Below, piece after piece: positions 20,162 to 30,179 of a DNA stretch of 64,000 bases; position 1 is the first letter of the stretch, and every line of letters starts with the position of its first letter. A program made the position numbers and the translations under genes. Where the stretch lies: IMG/VR virus record IMGVR_UViG_3300030330_005280, positions 1 to 64,000 of that record. One strand, written 5' to 3'. The DNA comes from an uncultured virus (IMG/VR IMGVR_UViG_3300030330_005280). Lineage: Duplodnaviria > Heunggongvirae > Uroviricota > Caudoviricetes. The notes beneath the pieces are model-generated. The model was not told the origin of the DNA and did no database searches. It saw only the letters and a program-made list of their open reading frames with translations.

Positions 20162-21541
20162 ATGGCTTACAAATTTCAATTAGGAACTGCTCGTTTAAGT
20201 GGTTCTCTTATACAAGAAGGAGATGTTACTGCTGCCAACAGTAAGATTTCTGGTTCTACTATTGGCATAACTGATGCTACCGGTATCGCTGGTAGTGGTT
20301 TAGAAGCGAATGGTGGTAGTTTAGATTTAGATCTTAGAGCAAATAAAGGTCTTAACGTTCACGCTGAAGGTCTTGAGATTGCTCTCGCGAATAATAAAGG
20401 TCTTGAGTTTGATTCAGGAAACCTTGCTATTCAATTAAATGGCAACTCTCTTCAAGTGGGTGAAACTGGTCTTTCGCTTAATGCCGTTCAGGTAGTTGGT
20501 GCTGGTATTGCTGAAGACAGTGGTAAAATTGCTATTGATTTAGCTGCTACCTCTGGTCTTGAGTTGACTGGTTCTGGTGATTCTGGTGAATTAAGAATTA
20601 AGCTTTCAGGTTCTGAAAGTGGTTTAGGTTATAACGCTGATGGTTTATCTGTTGCTGTATCAGCTTCTGGTGGTATTGAAATTGATCCTAATGGTCTTCA
20701 AATTGATCTTTCAGGTTCTAGTGCTGACTGTGGTTTGGTTATTGACAATGGTGGTCTTGCTTTAAATAGCACTATTGGTGGTAACAAAACTTTTTCTGAC
20801 AATGTAACCATTTCTGGAAACTTAATTGTTAATGGTACAACTGTTCAAGTTGATTCTTCAACAATCAATATTACTGGTTCTCTTCAATTTGAAGGTGTCT
20901 CTAATAATGGTAATGAAACTACTTTTGCTGTTGTTGACCCAACAGCTGATACTACTATTAGCTTGCCTGCTTTAAATGCTGCTACTGATTACGGTGTTGC
21001 TGTTTTGAAAGGTAGTTTAAGCGCTGCTGAAGGTGTAGTAACTCCAGCAGAATTCTTAGTTCTAGATGGTAATTCTACCCTAAACACTGGCATTACAGTT
21101 AGCGATGATGCTGATGGATTTCTTATGAATGACGGTGGTGTTATGAAGCACATTAGAGCTGATAACCTAAAAACTTACTTCCAAACTGGTGTTACTGCTG
21201 ATTCAGCTGATACAACAGAAGGATTCGCTTACAACGAATATGATGCTACTTCTTCAGTAGCTTATAACCCAAATGGTGTTACAGGGTTTCTTGTAGCTTC
21301 TGGTTCTAGCGCATCTAATGCATTATCTGCTTCTGTTAATACTACTATCAACTTATCAGGTTCATGGAATAACGGTGAAGTTTTATATATTAAAGCTCCA
21401 AGTAATGCTTCAGTATTCAACTTAACAATTCGTGCTTCTGGTTCGGATGAGATTGACGGTGAAAGCGAAGTTGTTCTTGAATCAGATTACGCTGCTATTA
21501 CTCTTTTAAGATGCCACAATAGTAGATGGTCAATCGTATAA
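20162..21541 (+). CDS. Putative fibre protein with short Gly-Leu beta repeats
   Basis: GGAGG RBS before ATG 20162; repeated GLE..G.L.I.L units. Confidence 0.65.
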   Translation: MAYKFQLGTARLSGSLIQEGDVTAANSKISGSTIGITDATGIAGSGLEANGGSLDLDLRANKGLNVHAEGLEIALANNKGLEFDSGNLAIQLNGNSLQVGETGLSLNAVQVVGAGIAEDSGKIAIDLAATSGLELTGSGDSGELRIKLSGSESGLGYNADGLSVAVSASGGIEIDPNGLQIDLSGSSADCGLVIDNGGLALNSTIGGNKTFSDNVTISGNLIVNGTTVQVDSSTINITGSLQFEGVSNNGNETTFAVVDPTADTTISLPALNAATDYGVAVLKGSLSAAEGVVTPAEFLVLDGNSTLNTGITVSDDADGFLMNDGGVMKHIRADNLKTYFQTGVTADSADTTEGFAYNEYDATSSVAYNPNGVTGFLVASGSSASNALSASVNTTINLSGSWNNGEVLYIKAPSNASVFNLTIRASGSDEIDGESEVVLESDYAAITLLRCHNSRWSIV

Positions 21542-21575
21542 TTTATTAAAAGATTATTATCTTATGTTCTCAAGG

Positions 21576-21601
21576 AAGGTCGAGTTTTTGCTCGACCTTT
21601 T
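21576..21601 (+). terminator. Intrinsic terminator
   Basis: AAGGTCGAG/CTCGACCTT stem and T-run, immediately followed by CTATTTA. Confidence 0.75.
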
Positions 21602-21626
21602 CTATTTATTGAAAAAGGAGAAAAAT

Positions 21627-22259
21627 ATGTCATATAAATACTCAAAAGGAACTCAAGTAATTGGAGATTTAAAAGCAGCAGATGATGAACAAAGAGACAC
21701 AAAAATTGATTTTGGAGAAGATTACATTGGCTTTGAGACTAGCGGTTCAGTAAGGATGGTTATATCCGGTTCGGAGGGTGGAGTTGGTATTGGTGTTGCT
21801 GCTCCTACTGAAGCTCTGGATGTTAGTGGAAGTATTAAAGCAACAGGTAACATTAATGCAAAACAACGTTTTATTAACACTGCCAAGTACACGGAGAGTT
21901 CTGCCGATCCAAAATACGTTAGGTGGGATGCAGCGGGAAGTAATGGTACCCCTGGTGTAAATAACAAGTTCCTTGCTCCTTGTGATGGAGAGCTTTTAAG
22001 TGTAACCATTAGAGCCACAGCAGCGGCAAATCAAACAAACATATCTTTCCATAAGGCATCTAATGACACAGAAAATCTGGACACAACTGCGGTAGAAACC
22101 GTTGGAGTAAATATGTCTGCCGCCAATACAAGCTATCAAGCGCAGTTTTCTGGTTCTACTTTCAGCCAAGGTGAAATTCTCGGTATTCGTCTAGATCCTA
22201 CAAACGGTTTTGGAAATGTAAACATTGCATGTGTATGGCTCTTTGATTGGAACAGCTAA
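21627..22259 (+). CDS. Putative virion structural/fibre protein
   Basis: AAGGAG RBS; VGIG..P..ALDVSG motif seen in fibre-type repeats. Confidence 0.6.
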   Translation: MSYKYSKGTQVIGDLKAADDEQRDTKIDFGEDYIGFETSGSVRMVISGSEGGVGIGVAAPTEALDVSGSIKATGNINAKQRFINTAKYTESSADPKYVRWDAAGSNGTPGVNNKFLAPCDGELLSVTIRATAAANQTNISFHKASNDTENLDTTAVETVGVNMSAANTSYQAQFSGSTFSQGEILGIRLDPTNGFGNVNIACVWLFDWNS

Positions 22260-22360
22260 TAAAAACATGTACTATATCTCTGTCTTGACATTGAATAAGT
22301 CTTTTCCTATTCATCAAACTATTTATTGTGATAAACGTTTATTTAAATAGGAGAGTATAG

Positions 22361-23416
22361 ATGTCATCTATGTTAGAACAAGCTATTATTGATGCAAAGG
22401 CTCTAAAAGAAGCTGCATTAAAAAATGCGGAACAAGCCGTAATTGACAAATATTCAACAGAAATCAAAGCTGCTGTTGAAGAATTGTTAGAAGGAAAAGA
22501 GTCGCAAGAAGTAATAAACGAAGATATGGATGTACCATATGCTTCTGATCCTTCGCTTTCTCAAGATCAACCAATTGAAATGGAAATGGAGTATGAATTT
22601 AATCCGGAAGATTTTCAAATAGATCTTGAATCTATAATGAAGCAAGAGGAAGTAACTGAAGAGGAAACAGCTCAAGAACCTGAATCACTTGCGGCGGATA
22701 TTGGTGCTGAGCAGCCTGCTACAGAAGAACCTGCTGCTGATGCTGGTGCTGATGCTGGTGGAGGGCTTGATGCTTTATTACAAGAGTCCAATGAAGATGA
22801 TGAAGATGAAATGTTGAATGAGCTTCTTGCTTTATTGGAAACAGAAGAGGAAGAAGAACTATTAGATGAATCTCTTGTTGTGGATGTCGATGAAGTTAAG
22901 CATGGTCATGTTGTGACAGACAATTCAGCAAGAAAATATGATGCCCAATTAGCAATGGCAAAACAGGAATCCTCAGCTTATAAAGAAGAAGCTGAAGAAT
23001 TAGAAAAACAGGTTGGAGAATTGAACAATTCCATCCTCATGTATCAAGACAAACAAGAAAAATTAAAAACTGTGCTTGATGACATGAAAGGTAAGTTAGA
23101 AGAAATGATTTTACAAAATGCTAGACTTTTGTATAGCAATAAAGTTTTACGCGATGCCTCCTTGAATGAGCGACAAAAAACCAAAATTGTTGAAGCCATC
23201 GCTAAGGCAGAGACTTTGAAAGAAGCTAAAACTCTTTACACAACTCTTAAAGAAACTACAGTGGGAACACCTAAAGAGCGTGGACCAAAATCACTTAGTG
23301 AGTCAGTACAGAGAAAGCAAGTTCTTTCCGCACATCTGCCACGACGCAAGCAAGAAAACGTATCCGAGTCGCATGACTTTGCTTCTCGTATGAAAAAACT
23401 TGCTGGCTTAGACTAA
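22361..23416 (+). CDS. Prohead scaffold/core protein (gp22-like)
   Basis: Acidic coiled coil directly before the capsid gene, many (L/I/V)xE sites, C-terminal RMKKLAGL. Confidence 0.85.
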   Translation: MSSMLEQAIIDAKALKEAALKNAEQAVIDKYSTEIKAAVEELLEGKESQEVINEDMDVPYASDPSLSQDQPIEMEMEYEFNPEDFQIDLESIMKQEEVTEEETAQEPESLAADIGAEQPATEEPAADAGADAGGGLDALLQESNEDDEDEMLNELLALLETEEEEELLDESLVVDVDEVKHGHVVTDNSARKYDAQLAMAKQESSAYKEEAEELEKQVGELNNSILMYQDKQEKLKTVLDDMKGKLEEMILQNARLLYSNKVLRDASLNERQKTKIVEAIAKAETLKEAKTLYTTLKETTVGTPKERGPKSLSESVQRKQVLSAHLPRRKQENVSESHDFASRMKKLAGLD

Positions 23417-23435
23417 TATAAAAGGAGAAATTAAT

Positions 23436-25334
23436 ATGTCTATAATTGAAAAATTGACAGAAGGCATCGTTAATCGTGATCTTAAAAAAGAAGGAGCTGC
23501 TTTACTTTCTAAGTGGGAAGCTACCGGACTTCTTGAAGGGCTTGATACACAAGCTTCTAAGCACAATATGGCGAGACTTCTTGAAAATCAAGCGAAGGAA
23601 CTTCTTCGCGAATCTAATTCGATGGGCGGTAATGGAATTGAAGGTTTTGCTTCAGTTGCGTTTCCAATTGTTCGTCGTGTTTTTGCAGGTTTGATTGCAA
23701 ACGATTTGGTATCGGTTCAACCGATGTCTCTTCCTAGTGGTCTTATCTTCTTCCTAGATTTTGTTTATTCTGATAATCTAGGAGCAGCTAGTTCTCAAGC
23801 CTCTAGAGGTGGTAACGTAGTTGATAAATCAATTTACGGTACAGACAAAGTTGGATCTCAAATTACAGGTGGTGTTAACATTGTAGGTCAAGACTTACAA
23901 GAAGATCAATCTGGTCCTCGTGGCATGGTTGGTTATAGTTATTCATCAGCTACAGGATCTTTGAACGCTGACTGTACTGCTACTACTGATATTGATGTAA
24001 AAGCTATTATCACACTTGATGGTAATCTTTCAGAAGATGAAAAGAAAATTTTGAACTATGATCCAGATATTTTAGCTAACACATCTAGTGATGTTATGGT
24101 AGTAATTGATATTGCTGAAGATCACTTTACTGATGCTGACTTTAATAACTTAAGCTCTTTTGTGTTTATGGATGTTATTGAAGGAAGAGCTGCAGCTGGT
24201 AACAATATTACAGAATTTTTAAATGGTAATGATAGTTTTAATACAACTGATAACGATGCTGCTGTAGATGCTATGAAGCAAGTTAGACGTTTGACAAAAA
24301 GAATTGCTGCTGGTACATCTTTAGGTGCTAATTTGCAATCAGCTATTGATTCTCAAGCTGCTTGTGTTAGAACCTTTATAATGGTTGATTCTACATCACC
24401 ATCACTATCTGTTACAGATGGTTTTAACCCTGCTTCATCGTCACCAGTATCATTTGCTAAAGAGTTCTTTACTTATGGCAAAAAAGATGCATACTCAGAA
24501 AAATCTGGTGGGCTTGGAGCTATTAATAGTTTCACATACCCTCTTGAAGGAAAAGAAGATTTGCCAGAAATCGACATCAAGGTTGATTCAATTGCGATCA
24601 CAGCTCAAACCAAAAAGCTTAAAGCTAAATGGACACCTGAGTTGGGTCAAGACTTGAACGCTTATCATAACCTTGATGCTGAGGTTGAATTAACTTCTAT
24701 TCTTTCTGAGCAAATTGCTTTGGAAATTGACCGTGAACTTCTTGCGGATCTTGTAAATGGTGCAACTGCTGCAACATATTACTGGTCTCGTTCGCCTGGT
24801 CTTTTTGTAAACAGAGCAACTGGTAGAGAACTTGGTGCTGCTTCTGCTGCTCCTGACTTTACAGGAACAGTTTCAGAATGGTACGAAACTCTTATTGAAA
24901 CCATTAACGACGTTTCTGCACAAATCCACTTGAAAACACTTCGTGGTGGAGCTAACTATGTAGTTTGTTCTCCTGAAGTTGCTAACATTCTTGAGTTTAC
25001 CTCTGGATATCGTGCAAACGTTACAGCTGATGCTGACAAAGGAACCATTGGTGCCGTTAAGGTTGGTTCTCTTTCTCGTAAGTTTGACATCATCGTTGAT
25101 CCTTACTTCCCAAGAAATGCTATTCTTGTTGGACGTAAAGGTGGTTCTTTCTTAGAATCAGGATACGTTTATGCTCCTTACGTTCCACTACAAACAACAC
25201 CTACAATCTTCGGTGTTGAGGACTTTGTACCTCGTAAAGGTGTAATGACTCGATACGGTAAGAAGATGGTTCGTCCTGATATGTACGGTCTTGTAATTGT
25301 TCGTGGTCTTAATGGTGAAGAATATTCTTCATAA
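23436..25334 (+). CDS. Major capsid protein (T4 gp23-like)
   Basis: LLENQ, VQPMSLPSGLIF, KLKAKWTPELGQDL.AYH.LDAE.EL, YAPYVPL, GVMTRY. Confidence 0.98.
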   Translation: MSIIEKLTEGIVNRDLKKEGAALLSKWEATGLLEGLDTQASKHNMARLLENQAKELLRESNSMGGNGIEGFASVAFPIVRRVFAGLIANDLVSVQPMSLPSGLIFFLDFVYSDNLGAASSQASRGGNVVDKSIYGTDKVGSQITGGVNIVGQDLQEDQSGPRGMVGYSYSSATGSLNADCTATTDIDVKAIITLDGNLSEDEKKILNYDPDILANTSSDVMVVIDIAEDHFTDADFNNLSSFVFMDVIEGRAAAGNNITEFLNGNDSFNTTDNDAAVDAMKQVRRLTKRIAAGTSLGANLQSAIDSQAACVRTFIMVDSTSPSLSVTDGFNPASSSPVSFAKEFFTYGKKDAYSEKSGGLGAINSFTYPLEGKEDLPEIDIKVDSIAITAQTKKLKAKWTPELGQDLNAYHNLDAEVELTSILSEQIALEIDRELLADLVNGATAATYYWSRSPGLFVNRATGRELGAASAAPDFTGTVSEWYETLIETINDVSAQIHLKTLRGGANYVVCSPEVANILEFTSGYRANVTADADKGTIGAVKVGSLSRKFDIIVDPYFPRNAILVGRKGGSFLESGYVYAPYVPLQTTPTIFGVEDFVPRKGVMTRYGKKMVRPDMYGLVIVRGLNGEEYSS

Positions 25335-25362
25335 TCTTTGATTATTTGAATTAATTCATCAC

Positions 25363-25401
25363 AAGAGCCCCTTGGATTTTCCTTGGGGCTTTTCTTTTTT
25401 T
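25363..25401 (+). terminator. Intrinsic terminator after capsid gene
   Basis: AGCCCC...GGGGCT stem and long T-run. Confidence 0.85.
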
Positions 25402-25417
25402 CAAAACTATTTACTAC

Positions 25418-25507
25418 GACTTGAAGCTTGGTCTCCTTTGAGCGAGGCCCCTGCTCATTGTTTCTACCGGAATACGGGGCTGGTAGATTCGAACCAAGCA
25501 ACAAGTC
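25418..25507 (+). ncRNA. Candidate structured RNA: three-way junction with complementary loops
   Basis: P1 25418-23/25502-07 plus 25426-32/25493-99; P2 25439-44/25452-57; P3 25463-70/25480-87; loops carry CCCC and GGGG; begins 5 nt after CTATTTA. Confidence 0.7.
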
Positions 25508-25534
25508 CATAATCTTAATAAAGGAGAATATATT

Positions 25535-26134
25535 ATGGGATCAAGAAGAGTAAGTCGTAAAAGACTATATGAAGTAGAAAAGGCAGGTCAAGCAATTGAT
25601 CTTGAAGCTGGTGCCGGTATTAAACAAAATATTATTTCAGCATCACAACATAGACAAGGACAGGAAATTATAACAGAAATAGCTATTGATTTGGCTGCTT
25701 CTGCTAATCCATTGAAGTGTGGTGGAGACAATGAAGACATTATAGGTCATACTTCACTACCTTCTTTTATAACTCAACTAACTGTTGCTAAATATGGAAT
25801 TATAACAGAAGTTAGAGTAGTTGTTACTGAAATTATTGAAAACGGTGCAGGTGACATTGCTGGTGATGGAATTGATGTTGTTGGTCGTGCTGCCGCTACT
25901 GGTATCGCTGATGGAGCAAAAAATACTGCCAACGGTGGTGGAGCTGCTGCGGGATCCATGGCTCACAGTGTTCGTGTACTAGGATCAGACACATCTTTTG
26001 GCTTGGACGCAAACGAATTGAGTGGTAAGTATTTATACATTGCTAGTGCTGAATCTATGACTGCTTCTTCGCCAATGGCAACAGGTAAAATTATTATTTA
26101 CCTTCACGGCTTTGTAGCCCCAGCGGACTTATAG
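25535..26134 (+). CDS. Putative head decoration/structural protein (paralog A)
   Basis: RKRLYEVEK..QHRQGQ..GFVAPADL shared with the next gene. Confidence 0.65.
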   Translation: MGSRRVSRKRLYEVEKAGQAIDLEAGAGIKQNIISASQHRQGQEIITEIAIDLAASANPLKCGGDNEDIIGHTSLPSFITQLTVAKYGIITEVRVVVTEIIENGAGDIAGDGIDVVGRAAATGIADGAKNTANGGGAAAGSMAHSVRVLGSDTSFGLDANELSGKYLYIASAESMTASSPMATGKIIIYLHGFVAPADL

Positions 26135-26146
26135 GAGGATTTTAAC

Positions 26147-27151
26147 ATGGGAATGAAAAAATTAGCAAGAAAACGTCTATTTGACGTAGAAAAGAAAGGT
26201 ATTAATCTTGACTCTGGTGTTTCTGAAGCCATGAAGAAAGCATTAGTATATGCAACGCAACACAGAGAAGGGCAAAAGTTAATTAGTGAATTGTTGTTTG
26301 ATTTTGGTTCATCTACTGCTGGATTGAAAACAAAAGCATTAGCTGCTGCTGATCCTATTGGACCAGCATCTGGAGCTTCTTTTTTGTGTACTATTAAAAA
26401 TTCAATTTTTGGTGTTGTAACCACAGTTGAGACTATTTGTCTTGAAGCAATTACTGATGGTACTTTAACCGATTACGATTTAATGTTTGCTGGTGATGGT
26501 GATTTAGATGGCGATACTTCTAGTGGTAACGATGGATCACTAGGAAGTGACGCTACAAACGATACTCTTTTAAAAGCAAATATTGGAGCACTTGGTCAAC
26601 ATGAGATAATGTCAGTTCAAGGAACAGATTTTACAGCAAATCAGTTAAGCAATAAGTTTCTTTATTTGACTTCTGGTGGTGCTACTAGTCAAAAAGCAAC
26701 TGCAACTATTGATTGTACAAATGCAGATATAGATAATATAGTATCTGGTATTACTAGAATCAGGCTTCAGCAAAATGATGCTCTCGCCAATACAACTGAT
26801 ATTGTAGCAGATTCATCAAAAAATAAATCTTCAACTACTGACAACTTTTTTGGAATGAGTGACGTAACAACCACTGCTCATCTTGCTGCAAGTTTGGCTG
26901 CTGGTATTGGTGGAACTGACGGCGGTAGTGGCGACTACACTGCTTCAAACCCGACAGCCACTACGGTACTAATTACTCATCATGCTAGCACTGCTACGAA
27001 TAATGGTACAAACTTTTTAGTTGATGATCCTGAAAAAGCATCTGGAATTGTAGTTGGTAATTTTACCGGTGGTATTGACGATGGTGTAGCTATTACAAGT
27101 GGTAAGTTGTTAATCAGAATTACTGGTTTTGTAGATCCAGCTGATCTGTAA
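26147..27151 (+). CDS. Putative head decoration/structural protein (paralog B, with inserted domain)
   Basis: RKRLFDVEK..QHREGQ..GFVDPADL; ~130-aa insertion relative to paralog A. Confidence 0.65.
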   Translation: MGMKKLARKRLFDVEKKGINLDSGVSEAMKKALVYATQHREGQKLISELLFDFGSSTAGLKTKALAAADPIGPASGASFLCTIKNSIFGVVTTVETICLEAITDGTLTDYDLMFAGDGDLDGDTSSGNDGSLGSDATNDTLLKANIGALGQHEIMSVQGTDFTANQLSNKFLYLTSGGATSQKATATIDCTNADIDNIVSGITRIRLQQNDALANTTDIVADSSKNKSSTTDNFFGMSDVTTTAHLAASLAAGIGGTDGGSGDYTASNPTATTVLITHHASTATNNGTNFLVDDPEKASGIVVGNFTGGIDDGVAITSGKLLIRITGFVDPADL

Positions 27152-27172
27152 AGCAAACTTAAACAATCAAAG

Positions 27173-27199
27173 AGCTCTCAATTGAGGGCTTTTTGTTTT
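27173..27199 (+). terminator. Intrinsic terminator
   Basis: AGCTCTC/GAGGGCT stem, T-run, then CTATTTA at 27205. Confidence 0.7.
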
Positions 27200-27228
27200 C
27201 TTAACTATTTATTATAAAGGAGAATTAT

Positions 27229-27417
27229 ATGTCTGGACGTAGAAGAATGATAGCTAAGCAAAGAAAACTTGCTGAACAGGCTGCTATTGAGGAAGCTGAG
27301 GCAAAAGCCAAAGCAGAGGCAGAAGCAAAACGTAAAGCCGATGAAGCAAAGAAAAAAGCTGCTGCTAAGAAAAAAGCCGAGGCTGCGAAGAAAAAAGCGG
27401 CTTCTTCAGAGGAATAA
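27229..27417 (+). CDS. Small Ala/Lys/Glu-rich helical protein
   Basis: AAGGAG RBS; AKKKAAAKKK repeats. Confidence 0.7.
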   Translation: MSGRRRMIAKQRKLAEQAAIEEAEAKAKAEAEAKRKADEAKKKAAAKKKAEAAKKKAASSEE

Positions 27418-27465
27418 ACTAGTTACTTAGTATACTTAACGCATATGTGTTAGTCCTCCGCTCTT

Positions 27466-27502
27466 GCCCCTTGCTCTCCAATTGCTTGGGGCTTTTCTTT
27501 TT
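27466..27502 (+). terminator. Intrinsic terminator, similar in sequence to the post-capsid terminator
   Basis: GCCCCTTG...CTTGGGGC followed by TTTTCTTTTT, then CTAATTA at 27509. Confidence 0.7.
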
Positions 27503-27536
27503 AAAAAACTAATTACTTGGAATGGAGGTTCTATGT

Positions 27537-28790
27537 ATGTCTTTACCCACTTTAACACCAACATCAACACAATCAGCAATCATACTTCCTGTAACAGGAA
27601 CTCATTCAAATGTAGCTGAGGCATGTCCGCTAGGAATTTACACCGGATCTGTTGAATTTATAACTGGAGCTGTCAAGCAAGTTAAATTTACTTATAAAAA
27701 ACTTGGCGGTGATGTTCTTGATATTGAACTAACCGAACAGAATGTTTACGCCAATTATGAAGAAGCAGTTCTTGAATATTCTTACATTGTAAACCAACAC
27801 CAAGCAAAAAATGTTATTGGATCTGCACTCGGTGGAGAAACAGGTTCTTTTGATCACCAAGGCTACACATCTGAAGGTCCTGATGGGTATGCTTTAAAAT
27901 ATCCTAGATTTTCTTTTGAAACCAGTTTTCGTATTGGTGACAGTTTTGCTACAGAAATTGGTGTTGGTGGTACAGCTCCTATATATTCTGCTTCTATATC
28001 AACGGTTGCTAACCAACAAGACTATGATTTACAAAGCATAGTACAAGCCATGTCTATTGATGGTACATCAGCAGGTGCCGCTTTTAGTGGGTCAATAAAC
28101 AACAAAAGAATAAAAATAAGAAAAATGTACTATGTTTCTCCTATGCAAATGTGGAGATTTTATGGATATTACGGTGGATTAAATGTTGTTGGAAATTTTC
28201 ACAATTATGGACAATATGCTGATGATTCTTCTTTTGAAGTAATTCCTGCGTGGCACAACAAACTTCAAGCAATTGCTTATGAAGATCACCTTTACACAAG
28301 AACATCTCATTATTCGTATGAAATAATTAATAATAAATTAAGACTTTACCCAATACCATCAGGTGTATCACCAGAAAAATTTTGGTTTAGATTTACTGTT
28401 GAGGATGGAGATATCTGGACAGATACAGGCGCAGGACAAGATGGTGTCAACAATATAAATACCATACCTTTTGAAAATATACCGTATGAAAATATTAACT
28501 CAATGGGTAAGCAATGGATAAGAAATTATTCTCTAGCATTGTCTAAAGGAACTCTAGCTCAAATAAGAGGAAAATTTGGAGGAAATATACCAATTCCTGG
28601 TGGTGATGTAAGTTTAAATGCGACAGATTTGGCTAGTCAAGCAAAAGAAGAGCAAGATAAATTAAAAGAAGAATTGCGTAAACTTCTTGAGGAAACGGAA
28701 TATACAAAGTTAATTGCTGCTGATAAAGAAATGACAGATAATGCTGTTAACATTATGAACGAAGCACCAATGGGAATTTTTGTAGGATAA
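27537..28790 (+). CDS. Neck/head-completion protein (T4 gp13-like)
   Basis: LGGDVLDIEL, WIRNY.LA..K..L..IRGKF..IPIPGG.V.LN; position after capsid. Confidence 0.8.
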   Translation: MSLPTLTPTSTQSAIILPVTGTHSNVAEACPLGIYTGSVEFITGAVKQVKFTYKKLGGDVLDIELTEQNVYANYEEAVLEYSYIVNQHQAKNVIGSALGGETGSFDHQGYTSEGPDGYALKYPRFSFETSFRIGDSFATEIGVGGTAPIYSASISTVANQQDYDLQSIVQAMSIDGTSAGAAFSGSINNKRIKIRKMYYVSPMQMWRFYGYYGGLNVVGNFHNYGQYADDSSFEVIPAWHNKLQAIAYEDHLYTRTSHYSYEIINNKLRLYPIPSGVSPEKFWFRFTVEDGDIWTDTGAGQDGVNNINTIPFENIPYENINSMGKQWIRNYSLALSKGTLAQIRGKFGGNIPIPGGDVSLNATDLASQAKEEQDKLKEELRKLLEETEYTKLIAADKEMTDNAVNIMNEAPMGIFVG

Positions 28791-28794
28791 ATAA

Positions 28795-29289
28795 ATGTCA
28801 GATGATAACAAATGGTCAAAATTAGACGCTCCGCCTCCTCCAATGTTTCTTGGAGAGAAGGAAAAAAACCTTGTTAAACAGGTTAATGACGAAATTATCG
28901 AAAGAGTTGTTGGTCAACAACTGTTATACTTTCCAATTGATATTGAGCACACAAATTTTCATCCACTATATGGAGAGGCTATAGAAAAAACCTTTCTTCC
29001 ACCTGTTCGAGTGTTTGCAAGAGTTGAATATCAAGGTGTAGAGACCAATGTTATTGATAATATTGGTTTAGATAAGAAAACTGCCTTAAAGGTATTTTTT
29101 CACAAAAGAAGAATTACAGACGATCAAGATTTATTTGTTAGAGAAGGTGATTTTGTAAGATATGGATCAATATTTTACGAAATAGTAAAAACTAATGAAC
29201 CAAAACACTTATTTGGCCAAGCTGATACTCAGTTTGAAATAGAAGCACAATGCATAAGAGCAAGGGATGGAGTATTTAATGCAGAATGA
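28795..29289 (+). CDS. Neck protein (gp14-like head closure)
   Basis: LYGEA..K.F, REGDF; position. Confidence 0.65.
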   Translation: MSDDNKWSKLDAPPPPMFLGEKEKNLVKQVNDEIIERVVGQQLLYFPIDIEHTNFHPLYGEAIEKTFLPPVRVFARVEYQGVETNVIDNIGLDKKTALKVFFHKRRITDDQDLFVREGDFVRYGSIFYEIVKTNEPKHLFGQADTQFEIEAQCIRARDGVFNAE

Positions 29290-30118
29290 TGAATTTATAA
29301 AACATAGCCCATCAACATTTGAATCGATTGATACTGGTTTTTATGAATGGGTTAATGAAAAACTAGATCTACACACTAAAACCAACAAAGGAATATACAA
29401 AGTTCCTGTTTTGTGGCTTGGAACAGAGAGAACTTTTCAAATAAAAAATGATGTCAGAATAAGAGACAAAGTTGGAAAACTAATCCTGCCTCTTATTACA
29501 ATCAATAGAGCCTCAGTTATGAAAGATCCAAATTTTAAAGGATCGTTTCGTGCAACTATATATGAAGAAAATGATTATAGAGGTGGCGGAGTTACTAATA
29601 CTTCTAGAATTAATCAAGATAAAACACAAAATTTTCAAAACTCTTTATTACAACAAACTTCAAGTAATTCGCAACAAACCGGTAGACTTCCAGAAAACCC
29701 TGAGGTTGTTTATGATAACTACAACACTCCGATGCCTGTGTATGTTACTATAAATTACGACATAACTTTAAGAACAGAGTTTCAACAACAGATGAATGAT
29801 TTGTTACAACCATTTATAACCACTACAGGACAAGTAAATTATTTTGTCTTTGAGAAAAATGGACACAAATACGAAGCCTTTATTCAGCAAGACTATAGTA
29901 TGACAAACAATGCTACTAATATTGGAGAAGAAGAAAGAAAATTTGAAACAAAAGTTTCTATTAAAGTTTTAGGCTATTTGATGGGAGAAGGATATTCCAG
30001 AAAAAGACCTCAAATAGCAAGAAGAGAGAATCAAGTAAAAATAAGATTCACTGGAGAACGTAGAGTTCTTGGAGATAAAGCACCTTGGAAAAAGAAAGAC
30101 AAGGATTACAGAGATTAA
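29279..30118 (+). CDS. Tail terminator/sheath stabiliser (gp15-like)
   Basis: ILPLI, PVYVTINY, QQMNDL; directly before sheath. Confidence 0.6.
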   Translation: MQNDEFIKHSPSTFESIDTGFYEWVNEKLDLHTKTNKGIYKVPVLWLGTERTFQIKNDVRIRDKVGKLILPLITINRASVMKDPNFKGSFRATIYEENDYRGGGVTNTSRINQDKTQNFQNSLLQQTSSNSQQTGRLPENPEVVYDNYNTPMPVYVTINYDITLRTEFQQQMNDLLQPFITTTGQVNYFVFEKNGHKYEAFIQQDYSMTNNATNIGEEERKFETKVSIKVLGYLMGEGYSRKRPQIARRENQVKIRFTGERRVLGDKAPWKKKDKDYRD

Positions 30119-30179
30119 AGGGATTTGGACTTTTATATAACTATTTATAAAGACAATTGTATTAAAAAGGAGAATATTA

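Noticed and set aside
25460..25470. GTTTCTACCGG resembles the purine riboswitch J2/3 motif
   Set aside because: Other conserved elements (UAUAAU junction, AUAUGG and CCGUAAA loops) are missing, and here TCTACC is paired in a stem; kept only as an unclassified RNA.
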